Assembly: GCA_017499595.2 (NCBI GenBank)
Contig: CM039001.1
Location: forward strand, 1,302,001-1,366,000
From: Psilocybe cubensis
Taxonomy: Eukaryota
DNA length: 64,000 nucleotides
Reading direction: 5' to 3'
Shown here: positions 1-12,990 of the stretch, piece after piece
How positions within the stretch are numbered: position 1 is the stretch's first letter
Layout: each line of letters begins with the position of its first letter
Notes under the pieces: model-generated
Seen by the model: the letters and a program-made list of their open reading frames with translations, nothing else
What the model was told of the DNA's origin: nothing
Database searches by the model: none
Program-made: the position numbers and the translations under genes

Positions 1-96
1 CTTGTTGACGCTCTAGCTCAATTTATTGAACATACCTTCGGGGAAATGTTTTGAAGCGTACGGTATATTCCCCATCTGTCAATGGGTCGATGGTTA

Positions 97-142
97 TTAT
101 CTCGATGATAGAGTCTAGTCCCACGAGCCGCAACCTTTATCG
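97..142. promoter_or_regulatory. Cluster of three HGATAR sites upstream of nitrite reductase (possible AreA/NIT2-type GATA factor sites)
   Basis: TTATCT 97-102, TGATAG 106-111 and TTATCG 137-142 lie 115-160 bp upstream of the NiR ATG. GATA control of nitrate genes is established in ascomycetes. These short motifs can occur by chance. Confidence 0.3.
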
Positions 143-256
143 AGGATATTCTCATCCTTCAGGATATGCTGCTTCTTTCTCAGCCTCCTCTGTACTGCTC
201 CTTATATTCCCTGAGTTTGACGGACATCTTTTATACTTCCAATACACCATATCAAT

Positions 257-3200
257 ATGGATCATTCAATTCCTTCTGCCTCTGTGGATAGTGTCGGAAA
301 AGGGGACACAGGACGCATTCTCGTCATTGGTATGGGAATGGTAAGGTCTCAGAGTTCTGATATCTTTCGTTATTTTTTTTATTAATATTCAATAGACAGC
401 TTTAGCATTTTTGGAGAACCTGTTTGCATATGAAAATGACTCTGGATTCAAAGAGACCACGTACTGGCAAGTTACTGTAGTCGGAGAAGAACCATGGTAT
501 CCATACAACCGGGTCGGTTTGGTAAGTGAGCTAGTATCACCGAGGAACTTTTGATCACTAATTATCAAACCTTCCAAAGACACAATACTTTGCCCATCGA
601 ACTGTCGCAGACCTTTACCTACAGCACCCTTCCTGGTATTCATCTCATAAAAAGAACCGTCTAATTCATATCACAAACGACCCGGTCATCCATCTCGATA
701 TTACTAAGCAACAGGCATCAACCAGAAATGTTAGCCAATCGTCATTGTTTCAACCATCGTCTGACCATATTATAGGGTATCCATATCCAATATGATATAT
801 GCATTTTTGCCACTGGGTCGCATGCAGCTATACCACCATACCTATCGACAACCGCATTGCAAAATACACAAGGAATTTACGTTTACCGCACCATTGAAGA
901 CCTGGAACGAATGATAGTTTTTGCAGAGTCGACGTCGATTAGAAATGCTGCAGTAATAGGCGGAGGTCTGCTGGGGTTGGAAGCTGCCAAGGCCCTCTTG
1001 GACTTGGATTCCGTTTCTCGCGTTACACTCATCGAGCGAAACAAATGGGTATATCGTGGTTTCCTTTTGTGTACAGTATTACTAACACTAAATAAGGTTT
1101 TAAGCCGTCAACTGGACGAAAAAGGCGGAAACTTGGTCTTAGCTCAAGTGCAATCTTTGGGTATCGAAGTCTTACTCGAAACGCAGGTTCAATGTATTCT
1201 CACTACCAAGGTTGACGGAAATCTAGTGGCCAGCGGTCTAGGTTTCAAAGACGGCTCACAAAAATCTTTCGATATGATTGTATTCGCTATTGGCATCACC
1301 CCGCGAGGAGAGCTTGCCCAGCAGGCCGGTATTGCGACAGATGTTAGAGGGGGGATCATCGTCAAAGATGATTTACGGACTTCCTCGCCCAATGTATACG
1401 CTATCGGAGAATGTGCTTCTTGGAAAGAAGAGTCCTATGGATTTATAGCTCCCTGTATTGATATGGCCGATATATTGGCGTATAATTTGACTCGAGGTCC
1501 TGGCCATGAAATGAAGGCCATGACACCTCCTGACAGAAGTACAAAGCTCAAACTCATGGGAGTAAACGTGGCCTCATTTGGCGACTACTTCGCTGACCAA
1601 AAGCCCTTGGAAACGGTGGATATTCCGGGCCACAGAAAACATGGCAAAAACGCTACCTCTGTCGCTCCTCTTCGGTCACTCACATATCATGATCCATTTG
1701 GCCCAGTTTACAAAAAATATATCTTCACGGGAGATGGAAAATATCTTTTGGGTGGAATGATGGTCGGAGACGTTAATGATTACACTAAGCTAATTTCTAT
1801 CATAAGGAAGAGGGTAATGTGTTGTTTGGCAGTTATATTTAAATCTTTTTTACTTATCATACCTGGATGCAGCAACCATTGGAATATCCCCCTAGTCAAT
1901 TGATTTTGGGTATTCCCAGGCAAGAAGGCGAATCCGACGGCGACGACCTGGACGACAATGCACAAATCTGCTCCTGCTATAATGTATCTAAGGCCACAAT
2001 AGCTAAAGCTATTGCCACGGGATGCAAATCATTCGGCGAGATGAAAGCAAAGACTAAAGTTAGCAGCGGATGCGGCGGATGTGCACCACTTGCAACTTCG
2101 ATATTCAACTCTGAAATGAAGAAAGCTGGTCATGTTATAATGAACCATATATGCCACCATTTCAGAAAGAGCCGTCAAGATTTGTTCATGATCGTCAAAG
2201 TCAAAAAATTGACAACATTCAGCGAAGTCATGCGCGAGGCTGGGGAGCAAATGAGCTCTCTAGGGTGCGAAATTTGCAAACCGGCAGTGGCCAGCATCTT
2301 ATCTTCCTTGCATAATGAATTTATTCTCAATCCCGTTCATCGCCAAAATCAAGATACCAACGACAAGTACCTTGCAAATATTCAACGCAATGGCACATAC
2401 TCGGTTATACCGCGAGTACCCGCAGGCGAAATAGTTAGCTCTTTCTTACTTTTTCTAATTTGTTTTGTTTATGAATATATTTACTGCCAGACCCCAGCAA
2501 AACTTGCAGCTATCGCTACTGTTGCTGAAAAATACGATCTTTACACTAAAATAACAGGAGCGTGAGTAACAGTAAAATACGGGCTCATATGCTGGAATTA
2601 ACAACAACTAGGCAACGAATCGACCTGTTAGGAGCGAAGAAGCAAGATTTGCCTGAAATTTGGGAAGAATTGGGTTCCGCAGGCTTTGAGAGTGGCCATG
2701 CATACGGAAAGGCGTTAAGGACAGTTAAAAGCTGTGTTGGGACAAGCTGGTGTCGATTCGGGGTGGGTGATTCGGTTGGGCTAGCTATCGAACTTGAAGA
2801 ACGATACAAAGGCATACGGTCACCTCACAAGCTCAAAGGAGGCGTGAGTGGATGTGTACGCGAATGTGCCGAGGCGCAAAGCAAAGGTTTGTCGGTTTCA
2901 TATTTTCAAATTCTTCTCTCATGCTATTCATTAGATTTTGGAGTTATTGCCACTAGTACGGGATGGAATGTATACATTGGCGGCAATGGCGGCGCCAAAC
3001 CTCGACACGCTGAACTGATCGCTGTTGATGTCTCAAAAGAGAAGGCAAGTTTATAAACTTATCCACAAATATACTTGACATGAGCCATTAAAACTTGAGC
3101 ATTATAGGCAGTCAAGATTATCGATAGATTCTTGATGCTCTACATCCAATCCGCGGATCGACTGCAGCGAACTGCAAGATGGGTTGAGACATTAGGTGAA

Positions 3201-4183
3201 GGGGGTAAAAGTGGGTTGGAGTACCTCAAGCGAGTTATCATAGATGATTCACTGGGTATATGCAACAACTTGGATCAGGCCATGGAGGAACTAGTCGGGA
3301 CCTATTTTGATGAATGGGCTGAAGTAGTACGAAGTCCAGAAAAAAGGGCTCTTTTTTGTCAGGTAAGCATCATATCGTTCGTTCGAATGAAGCTGAATCT
3401 AAAATCACCCTTCTAGTTTTCAAATACAGAAGCGATCAAACAAGGGGCGGAGTTGATTGAAGAAAGAGGTCAACGTCGCCCTCCTGACTGGCCTGAGGAA
3501 GCAACCTCATTGAAGTTCGAAACAAGTGATATTGTGAATGGCCATTGGAAATGGCGAAAGGTCGCAAAATTCGGAGATTTGAGACCAACAGAGGATGCCT
3601 CTACATCCATGGTTGTGAACTATTCCGACACAGAGATAGCCATCTTTAGGCTTGCCAACGGAGAGATGTATGCAACACAGCAAATGTGTCCTCATCGAAG
3701 GGCCTTTGTTTTATCGGATGGTTTAGTTGGCGAAAGTCAAGACGGCAAACCATATGTTTCGTGCCCCTTGCATAAGTGGGTGAAAAAAAAATCTTGATCG
3801 TATAAATATTGAGATTATCATTTCAGAAAAAACTTTACTCTAAAGGACGGCCAATGCTTGACTGACGACAAATACAAAATTATGACCTTCGAGGTATGGG
3901 TTGACTTACATCCTGCGAGCTACATCTAATGCGATATTGCGTGTAGGTTAAAGTCGAGGGCGAACATATTTACATTAAGCTTCCAGAGCCACCTGCGATT
4001 GATTCTGTGCTTGGAACTGCAACGTGGATGCACAGAGGAACGAAAGAGGACTCAGACTACTATGTCCCTAGCCGGGTTGAAATTGTAGCACCGTCTGAGG
4101 AAGTAGAGAAGATTGCGGAGCCAAGGGCGGCCAGTTCGACAAGTGTTTCTTGTATGGCATTAAACAAAGAGTTGGATTGGTAG
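257..4183 (+). CDS. NAD(P)H-dependent assimilatory nitrite reductase (multi-exon)
   Basis: ATG257 gives MDHSIPS...RILVIGMGM. Motifs: FAD/NAD-binding VIGGGLLGLEAAKAL, BFD-like CSCYNV...SGCGGC, siroheme/[4Fe-4S] VKSCVGTSWCRFG and GVSGCVRECAEAQ, C-terminal Rieske CPHRRAFVLS...SCPLHK. Ends KELDW-TAG at 4181-4183. Confidence 0.95.
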
Positions 4184-4328
4184 TAACCAGAAGTAGCCAG
4201 AAATCAGATCAATTGGATATTCATGGGGCGGAGTTGACACGCTCTACATATTCAAACTCAGTCGACGCGTTCATATACAAAGTTCATGAATGGGGTTCTT
4301 AAAGCCACATCAAACCAGCCAAAGCTTC

Positions 4329-5088
4329 ATGGAAAACGATAACCCTCAACTCAAGAAAAGAAAAATGTCTCCCGCAGTAGAAGATAACGCGTCAGAAGCC
4401 CCCCTTGCCCCTGTCGCAAACCTTTTAATTAAGCGCCTCTCTGAGAAGGCCAGGTTGCCCACTCGCGGCTCACCCTTGGCTGCTGGCTATGATCTATACA
4501 GGTATACAACACTGCTGCAACCTTCATTATTTTGCTGACATTTTTCCTTCTTAATAGCGCGGAAAGGAAAGTTATCCCTGCACACGGGAAAGCTCTCGTC
4601 GATACTCAAATATCAATTGCTGTTCCCGCTGGCACATATGGACGCGTTGCTCCTCGAAGCGGATTGGGTAGAGCCATCCCCCACCTTTCTCGTTCTTGCG
4701 CTAAATAAAATTCAGCTTCCAAATTCATGATTGATACAGGAGCAGGTGTCATCGATGCAGATTACAGAGGTGTTGTCTTTGTTCTTTTGTTCAATCTCTC
4801 GGATAAGGATTTCCAAGGTATGTGTTACCGCAAAAGGCGTAGGTTTTCGTGTAAATCGTTATTTGGCAGTCGAAGAAGGAGACAGGATTGCCCAACTGAT
4901 TATTGAACGCATCTATACTCCCGATGTACTAGAAGTCGATGTGAGTCTGTCTACCCTCTTTTGTATTTTGGACCTATATTCACAACGAGTATTCATAATA
5001 GGATTTGGATCAAACTATTCGCGGTGCTGGCGGTTTCGGATCCACTGGCGGCCACACATTGCTGAATGCAGCGCCCAGTGCCCCTTGA
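4329..5088 (+). CDS. DUT1: dUTP pyrophosphatase (multi-exon)
   Basis: Motifs [46 protein letters not shown] and [10 protein letters not shown] across the exons. TGA at 5086-5088. Confidence 0.95.
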
Positions 5089-5184
5089 AGTGGTGTATAA
5101 TCTAGAAGAATGTTAGAAAATGAATAATTCATGTAACGATGTGAAATCGACCTAGTAAATTGTGGGCTCAAAAATCAACCTGGT

Positions 5185-5670
5185 TTATCTTGCCCTCTCC
5201 GAGTCCACGACGTAGAACTGGTCCTTAGTCTGGGAAGCGTGCTTTAACAACTGTTGACCAACTTCACCCAGTTGCGATGGATCAATTGGGGCGATATTTC
5301 TATCTGCGTCTTCCTTCTCTCCACGTCCAGATACAGATACAGAAGATGTGTCAACCAATCTCACTGCTTCCACAAGTCTGACCATTTCCTCCAAATCTGA
5401 TTTAACTGCCTCGAATTGTGGCGTGCCTTCTTGGGGTGGTATAAGCGCAGACAAGTCGTAAAGCCGAGTAATAGTTGTCGAGGAAAGCCTGGGAGAAGGA
5501 TAAGACGAAAGTAGATCATTCACGGACCATGTTGGCTGCAGTGGTATACCACATGAATCAGTGTCATGTAGGGTAGGCTTGGACGAATTTCTTCTGATAA
5601 AACTCCTGGTTTGAACGAGTAAGGAATACGGTGGTCGGCGCAAACATCGTTGCATTGGATGCAGTGCCAT
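5185..5670 (-). CDS. Probable mitochondrial Glu-tRNA(Gln) amidotransferase small subunit (GatC/GatF-like)
   Basis: Arg-rich presequence-like N-terminus, PTWSVNDLLS, RLYDLSALIPP, DLEEMVRLVEAVRLVD and C-terminal LLKHASQTKDQFYVV resemble the GatC/GatF pattern. Confidence 0.65.
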   Translation of the reverse strand: MALHPMQRCLRRPPYSLLVQTRSFIRRNSSKPTLHDTDSCGIPLQPTWSVNDLLSSYPSPRLSSTTITRLYDLSALIPPQEGTPQFEAVKSDLEEMVRLVEAVRLVDTSSVSVSGRGEKEDADRNIAPIDPSQLGEVGQQLLKHASQTKDQFYVVDSERAR

Positions 5671-5810
5671 AGGCTTAGCTAAGCTCGAATTTCCGCAAAC
5701 AAATAATTTCTTTTCGGATGCTTTCCAATTCGTAACCTTTACAGTATCGCGGCTACTATTAACACAAACTTAATACTCAACCTTTTTTCCCCTTTACCGT
5801 CTCACCTACA

Positions 5811-6262
5811 ATGTCAGCAACGATATCCCAGACGATTACACGCCGCCTGCCTCTCAAAAGTGTTGCCCTCCCTCCCACTCTCAAGCCAGGCAAAGGAAAC
5901 TTGTATGAAGTGCTATCGCGGACCCCAACAGGCGGAGTTGGTACAGAGGTGTATCAAACACGATGGAGTGCAAAGAATATTCTGGGCTGCTACTGGCTAG
6001 TGACGCGTTCGGTGTTCAAAGATGAAGGAAAGCATGGTCGCGCGTGGGGTCGTTTATACTGGAAAGGTGTGCGCAATTCATGTCCAGCGCAAACGGCTGA
6101 ATAAACTTTGATTGGTTTCAAGGTGTCTGTGTGAGCCCTCGCGAAGAAAGAATTCGTGGCGCTTTGAAATATACATGGAGAGAGGGACGCTCGGGGTCAT
6201 CTCTTCTGGGGTCGACCCAATCTAGCTCTCCGGAACCTTCACAAAATGTATGTACAAACTAA
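5811..6262 (+). CDS. Mitochondrial ribosomal protein mS34-like (3' end approximate)
   Basis: NLYEVLSRTPTGGVGTEV...RW...CYWLVTRS...HGRAWGRLYWKG. After the intron at about 6068-6122 the frame continues EERIRGALKYTW. Confidence 0.75.
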
Positions 6263-6772
6263 TTTTTGACATTTTTCGGAGAAGTTCATTAATTTGCACC
6301 AGTAATATCGTACACTTTCTAATACCTTTCTCTTCCCCGGGGCCCGTGTAATGGATTGAATTTCCACATATAATATTGCTCTTCTCCGATGCAAATCCTC
6401 AAAGCGAAAACCCTCAACAATCAACTGAAAATACAATATCACCATCATTTTGTGGGCCTAAACATTACCTGGTCCTTGAACACAATTTTAATCCTTGAAC
6501 CAGCGTTGTAGAGCTCCTGAAGCCAGAGTGGGATTTCGAACGACGATGAGCAGTCAAATAATTTAACCTCTTCACGTGGGCAATGTACTAGTGTTATAAG
6601 AGTAGGATGCTATGACTTCGAGCAAATAAGCTTGATCTTTGAGACGTTTCGTATCTTTTCATTAAGTTGTACTGATGATAAATATTATACAGGAGACAAA
6701 GCGGATGTACTATATTCAACACACATCTGCCCTTTCAGGTCGAACCTCCTGCTGTGTATGTATGCAAGTTCT

Positions 6773-7893
6773 TTAGATACCCCTGTAGGTAGCAAGTTGA
6801 GAGTTCATGCGGGTGGTTTGTCCAGGGGTGAACTCAGTCATGCAGCTATCGTAACTGTAGTCCATGTAGTTGTCTGTTGGAGAAAATAAGAAACTGTATA
6901 TGAAATGGTTCCTACAAGTTGGACTTACGGATGGGGTCGACACCAGCGGAAGAGCAGGTATCACGGCCAATGGGGCACCCAGAAGCAGCGGAAGCCTCGG
7001 CAGGGGTGTCGGAGACGGAGTCACCAGTTCCAGAGCATCCGCCTTGGAAAGTGTGGTAGAGACCGACCCAGTGGCCGACTTCGTGCGTGAGCGTCTGGCC
7101 GAGATTGTAGTTGGTAGTGGTTCCTCCAGGGAGGGAAGAGTAGAGGAGGACTGATCGTCAAAATATTAGTTGGAGTGACTCGAAACATATTTAAACATCG
7201 AGTAAGAACACTAACCAACGCCATCATCCTTGTTGGAGCTGGAGAAGCTAGAGGGGAAGGTAGCATAGCCGAGCAATCCGCTAGTGGAGCTGGACTTGAA
7301 TCTGGAGAGGAAGGAATGTTATTACCTGCTGAGGTAGTTGCTCAATTGAAATAATAAAAACTTACCCAACAGAGTAAACGTTCAAGGTGGCCTTGGTACC
7401 TTGACGAAGAGCGTTCTTCATGGCGGTTTGGTAAGAGTTTGAAGGGCCAGCATTGTTAAACCAGTTGGAGTTGGTTGTCCTGGTGATGTTCTTGAGAACG
7501 AAGCTACGTCCGGTGGAAGCATAATCTTCGTTGAGAACATCAATCTGAGCCTTGATCTGGGAGTCACTGCAAGAAATAATTAGTACGGTTATGCTACCTT
7601 GAAATAGTGCTTGACATACGGAACATTCCCAGCTGAGAGGGAGGTGCCGGAAGAAACGACGTGGAAGTAGACTTCGATAGGGGGGTAAACAGCATTGGCC
7701 TTGACAGCAACTGCGTTGGCCTTGAAGTGAGCTTCCTGAATCTTGACCTGGGCATCAGAGATGACGGTTCCACAGTTCCTGTAATCAATTCTCAGTAAGC
7801 TATCACTTAAATATAAGAAATATTAGACACATACCTAGCGACAACAGTCGAGGCGGCGAAAAGGAGCCCGATAGTAATATTGCGGAGTTGCAT
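6773..7893 (-). CDS. Secreted M43 (pappalysin/ulilysin-like) zinc metalloprotease, paralog 1
   Basis: Signal peptide [20 protein letters not shown], intact [12 protein letters not shown] (HExxHxxGxxH), Met-turn [18 protein letters not shown]. Confidence 0.93.
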
Positions 7894-9185
7894 CGTGAAC
7901 TGGCTGAGGTCTCGAGAAGAAAACAAGGAAAGCTGGCACACTAGGCGATGCTGGCCTTCCCCCTCACTTTTTTGCCGTCTTATATGGTCCACAAGAATTA
8001 CACCATTCAACCAGAAAATATGGGTGCATATCTGTAAATTACTTTCGAACGCATGGTCATGTTCGATAGCAAACCTCAGCGCATGTTGTCGAATCAAGAT
8101 ACCTCCAAAATTTAGTGGTGTTGTGACCACTTAAAGAGATCGGCTACAACATTGTGTGGGTCGACTACGACAAGAAGGGGCCAAGACTGAAGAGAGTACC
8201 AAGAATTTCAATTTGAGGGAGTCACCACAAAGGCGCTGTCCCCAGATAGCTTGCCGTCAGATGGGTGTGTCGTTTACTGAAGCAGAAACGCGCGGGCGTT
8301 GAATCGTAATAGTCACCGGAATTAATGGACATCGTATCCCGCACAAGAATCAAAGATAACGCCATGGCAAACCATCGTGAATAAGGCTCGGAACCAGTTG
8401 ATAATCAGGGATTGCTTGTGGAGGACGCGCGCCTACATGACTGGACGGAATGTAAAAACCTCTATTGCAGAGAAGGTTGATGGGAAGACGGGTTGTGGAA
8501 CTGTGCATTAATGAATGAGCTATATTGGCGAGCAAGAGATCTGGGGTAGGTACGACTGTGCAGGACTCGACGAGTGTCGTCGGACCCTGATCTGTTGAAG
8601 TTGGGGCTCGGACGTTATGTATACATCATCGATGCAATCCGACACAAGAGGGCTTCCGACAGCTTAAATTGGGGCATCCAATTGGCTTCCAAGTTAGGGC
8701 AGGGTTTGATACCTCCCGGCCGGTCCGTGTGATAGTGGTATAGGTCTGGCGCTCTCAACCGGTGTGTTACTTGTGTTTTAAACAGGTGTTATACCACGTC
8801 ACGTGACTGTCGGACTTTTTACATATGACTGGTAAAACGACTACTAATTCTCATTTTTTAGGCTGTTTATGGCTTTACCAACAATTTCTCCAATATATAA
8901 ACAATAAATACAATACATATGTCACTTTCTCAAAGGCGCACAGTACCTTGGGCAGTTTGTGCGCCGTTTTCAGTCACATCAGGGTACGAGGTAGGGGTGT
9001 CACATGAATGTGACCCGCGAGTCACAAAGGTCGAATTTCGACAATGTTTGCAGTCTGCACGCCGGGGCATGAGCTGCTAAGGTATGAAAGGTGCGCGGTT
9101 CAATAGTGTATGGTACTTGGTATGATTTCGTGTAAAAAATTGATGTCACAGCAAAATGAGTATAAAGTAATATCTACCTGTATGA

Positions 9186-12100
9186 TTAAACAAAGTTATC
9201 TATGTTCCATTCACCCGGTTTGCCTTGAGCAAAGTTTGAATCATCATCGTGAGTTGTCCTTTCAAAAAATAATTTGGAGCCCGGTCCATTTGTGTCAACA
9301 TTGGTGATGAGCAAAACCAGGTTTTTATCATCAAGTTGCACAAAGGAAGAAATGTCAAACCGGTCAGATGTGCGAGTGAGTTGGATGGCACCTTCAGAAG
9401 TAGAGTTGGAGATGTGCAAAGCAGAATCCATGCGGTTGACTTCGTCCAAATCATATGGATCGGGATTATTGAACCATAGATGTTCCAAAGCCGCAGAATT
9501 GAGTTGGGGGTCAACATTGTCCTTGTTGACAAGGTCCATTAGCGTTGGAGCGGAGAATGTAGAGGGAGCTGAATTCATAGGAGATTCGGATATTGTGGAA
9601 AGATGAACACGAGCGCTATGCTTGAATCCCTTTTCACTGAATCCATTGACATAGTAGTCGTAAAGCTTCGCTGAGCTAATAAGATGCTCTGGAGTAATAG
9701 AGCTGCGACGTGCAGCATTGAACCAGCCAAGACGAGAGGCTGTTCTTTCATCACAAATCTCTGAAGGAGAGATGGAAAATATTTTGATTGCAACTCGCTA
9801 TAAGATAGGTCAGCTAAATGTGGCACAAAAATCGCAAAAATAAAGCTCACTGCAAGCAAATTACTGTTTGAATCTTGTGCAAATTGGTTCCACCATTTAA
9901 GAGGTTTTGTATTGCGTGTCAGGGGAGCTTGTTGGAACGGAGTCTGATTATAAGCATAGGCAATTAACTGGCGGATTAGAATGGGGACAACTTCCATTCC
10001 TGAATCTTGTGTGCGTAGTTGTTCGCCTTGGAAAATACAGAGAACAGATGTGAGAAGCAGCTTAAAAAGAGTGGGATAATTTTCTTTGGTCAATGCTTGG
10101 TCCTTTGAAAGTGGCGGCATGACAAGTTGTATTCCTCCATATTGATGAAATACTGAAGAATAGTTAGATATTAATTGGTACAAATCAGTTAATTAAGGAC
10201 ATACATGGATGAAGATAATATGCAAGAAAATATATGTGGTGAGACGACTCTTTCATCATCTGATTAAACCGATGATTGTAGATGTTGACAACTTCACTTC
10301 GAAGATTTCCAACTCCAATAACAGGAGATGCAAGAACTTGCTCCAAGTCGTATGCAATGCAGATCCAGCTATAGAAAACGTCGGCACAGGTAGTATTCTG
10401 ACCTTCGAGTGTAAGAATTGCCTTTGCTCCAGATGACAAAAGCGAGATAAAGCCATTCATAGAAGCCATAAACAAGTAGTGTTGAGCACCATCTTGAATA
10501 TATGGTAGAAGCTTCTTTGTCTGACAATAAAACTGTTAGAAATGCTAGTAAAATATGGGCATAAATATGTACCGGTGGAGTATCAAACTTTAGAACGTTA
10601 GATTTAATACACTTCTTGATCAAGGGCATGCAAGTGTAGACAGAAACAACTTGCGTATAGCTTGACGAAAACCGTGTGTCAGAATGTGACCTGATTCCTT
10701 GTGCCACTCCATCAACTTTGCGCTGAATATCCAGATGGAATGTGCCGTAGTTTGACTTTCCAAAATAGTTTGCAAGTGCAGATGAAATTGACAAAGTCTA
10801 CATGTATCAAATATTTCAACATCATAAAATTAACAAAAGTATTGTTTACATACGTCTTTAAAAAGCTTCCCGAGATCTTTCATGAAGAGATTCAAATTAT
10901 GACACGGATCGTAAATGTTAAGAATCCATGGATATTGCTTGTTGATTTTAATTCGAGCTGCTCGAACATTTGATCCACCATCACCTGCTACTGCACTATA
11001 ACGTTTTATGCCATATAGATTGAGAATCTAAACACAAACTTGAATCAGTATAAGTATAGAAAAAATTGGTTTAAAATTTACCCGTAAAGCAGCATCAACG
11101 AGAACTTCACCTGTTACAGAAATTCCATTGAAGACTCTTCCATCCGTAAAGAAAGATCTTCGTTTCGGAGTTGTTGTATGAAAAGTATAGATTTCATCCT
11201 TGGACCGTGAACTCCAGCCATCGAGAGATAGTGTAAGATGTGTCTTGCTTTCAATAAACTGTAAAAAGCTTTCACTCCAAGCAGAAACCTCTTGAGCAAG
11301 ATGTTTCGGAAAGAATGAGGAACGATCCGGAATGGTAAAATTTGGAGCTAAAGCAAAGCAAAAATTGACAAAGAACTCGCTGTCCATTGTTGCCCAGGGA
11401 AGTGCACAGCATATAAACATACGAAACATATGCAGCTCAATATTGAGTCGCTGCTGCTCGGTGATCTTTGCCGGATTCATGTACGTAAGAATACTAGACG
11501 GTTTGTTGACAGAAATAGACACTGATTTGCCGCTGCTCGTAATCCGATCAGATGAAGAAGAGACATTTTCGAGTTTTTTGGTGTGTGAACGAGAAGCGAG
11601 ATTCTTCACAACCAGGTTATACCAGTTTGGAAAGTTTGTAGCCAGCTTCTGAAATTTAAAATGAATGATATAATACTTTGAATATGCAAAGACATTACAT
11701 ACAGTACATTCCTGTGCATGATTTCTAATTCGAGTCGTGTCTCTCTGCACAGCCGCTCTATCACATCCAATGCAATAAACAATAGCTTTTGTTTTGACAG
11801 ACCCCGGAATTGATTGTTCAAACTGCAGAGTTACTGCATCTGCAAGATTGTCCCGAGTTTTTCCGCCTTTTCGAGCCTCACTGATAGACTTGGGGCCCCG
11901 AATAGGCCCAATATCTTCTCCAGGCTTTCCACTATCATGCAAGAGCTTTCTTTCAGCAACAAGCTTTGCACGATAATTGATAGCTTCTTGAGAGCCACCA
12001 ATACCAAGAACACCATCAGAAGATCCTGTGACACCGACAGATTCACATGGAGTTGAGTGTGGGAGTGTAGAGGCATCCAAAGATAGACCGTTTGAAGGCG

Positions 12101-12382
12101 GCTTAATTAAGAAATATTAGCTATACCGTGAAATGTAATAAAATTTTAAAAGCTGGACATACCGTAGGCCATGGTAAATGTTCTCCTTCTTTGTATATCC
12201 GTGTCCAAACCTCATTCAGCTTCTCCATGTATTGACTCCAGTCCTTCCAGTCTTCGCTTTTGTGATCCAAGATTGTTGAATTGACAGCATCCATTAGATT
12301 GGCAAGATTAACACCGTTATCTCCAGAATGAATAAATTGTTGACATAGGTCAACTAAAGTTTGGTAGTTGTTATGGTCTAGC
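9186..12382 (-). CDS. hAT-family transposase; original start codon displaced to 24671-24673 by the KDZ insertion
   Basis: BED-like CIGCD...IRNHAQEC finger, RNase H-fold LSLDGWSS, AGDGGSNV...YDPCHNLNL, DTRFSSSY, PLKWW and C-terminal dimerisation-region IFSISPSEICDERTAS. No stop or frameshift noticed once introns are removed. Confidence 0.9.
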
Positions 12383-12464
12383 CACCTGTAATTACCCTGC
12401 TTATATATAAAACCCTTGCACTGCAATAAAATGCTCCATACATGGCAGCAGGCACTTGCTGCAT

Positions 12465-12990
12465 GGATAATCTATTATCCATTTACTTAGTCTGCCTATC
12501 AATTATCCATTCCGTTATCCAAGAGCCTTGTTATCCATTATCCATTCCCGTGTGCGCCATTAACAATTGTTTCTATCCATTGTCCGCCGTATCATCCAAA
12601 GGGTACATTATCCATAGCCCCGCTTCATGATCCAACAGCCGTTATCCATTTCTGTGCGCGCCATTAATAATCTATTCCATCCATTGTCCGCTGTATTATC
12701 CAAAGGGTACATTATCCATAGCCCCGCTTCATAATCCAACAGCCGTTATCCATGTCTGTGCACCCCATTAATAATCGATTCCATCCATAGTCCGCCCTCT
12801 TATCCAAAGGGTATATTATCCATATACCCCTGAATTATCCAACTGCCCACTATCAATTTCCATGCAAACCATTCATGACCCGCTCTATCCATCATCTGTA
12901 TTCTTATCCATGGGTCATTTCCCCCTTTCATACCACGATATTCATTGCCCTGCGATTATCCAAGAGCCGTTTATCCACTCCCCTGCGCCT
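12465..12990 (+). repeat. Left subterminal tandem array of the KDZ element (about 104-bp unit, TTATCCAT-rich)
   Basis: Unit CCAACAGCCGTTATCCAT...CCATTAATAATC...TCCAAAGGGTACATTATCCATAGCCCCGCTTCAT recurs, e.g. at 12632 and 12736, with about three good copies plus degenerate flanks. Confidence 0.9.
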
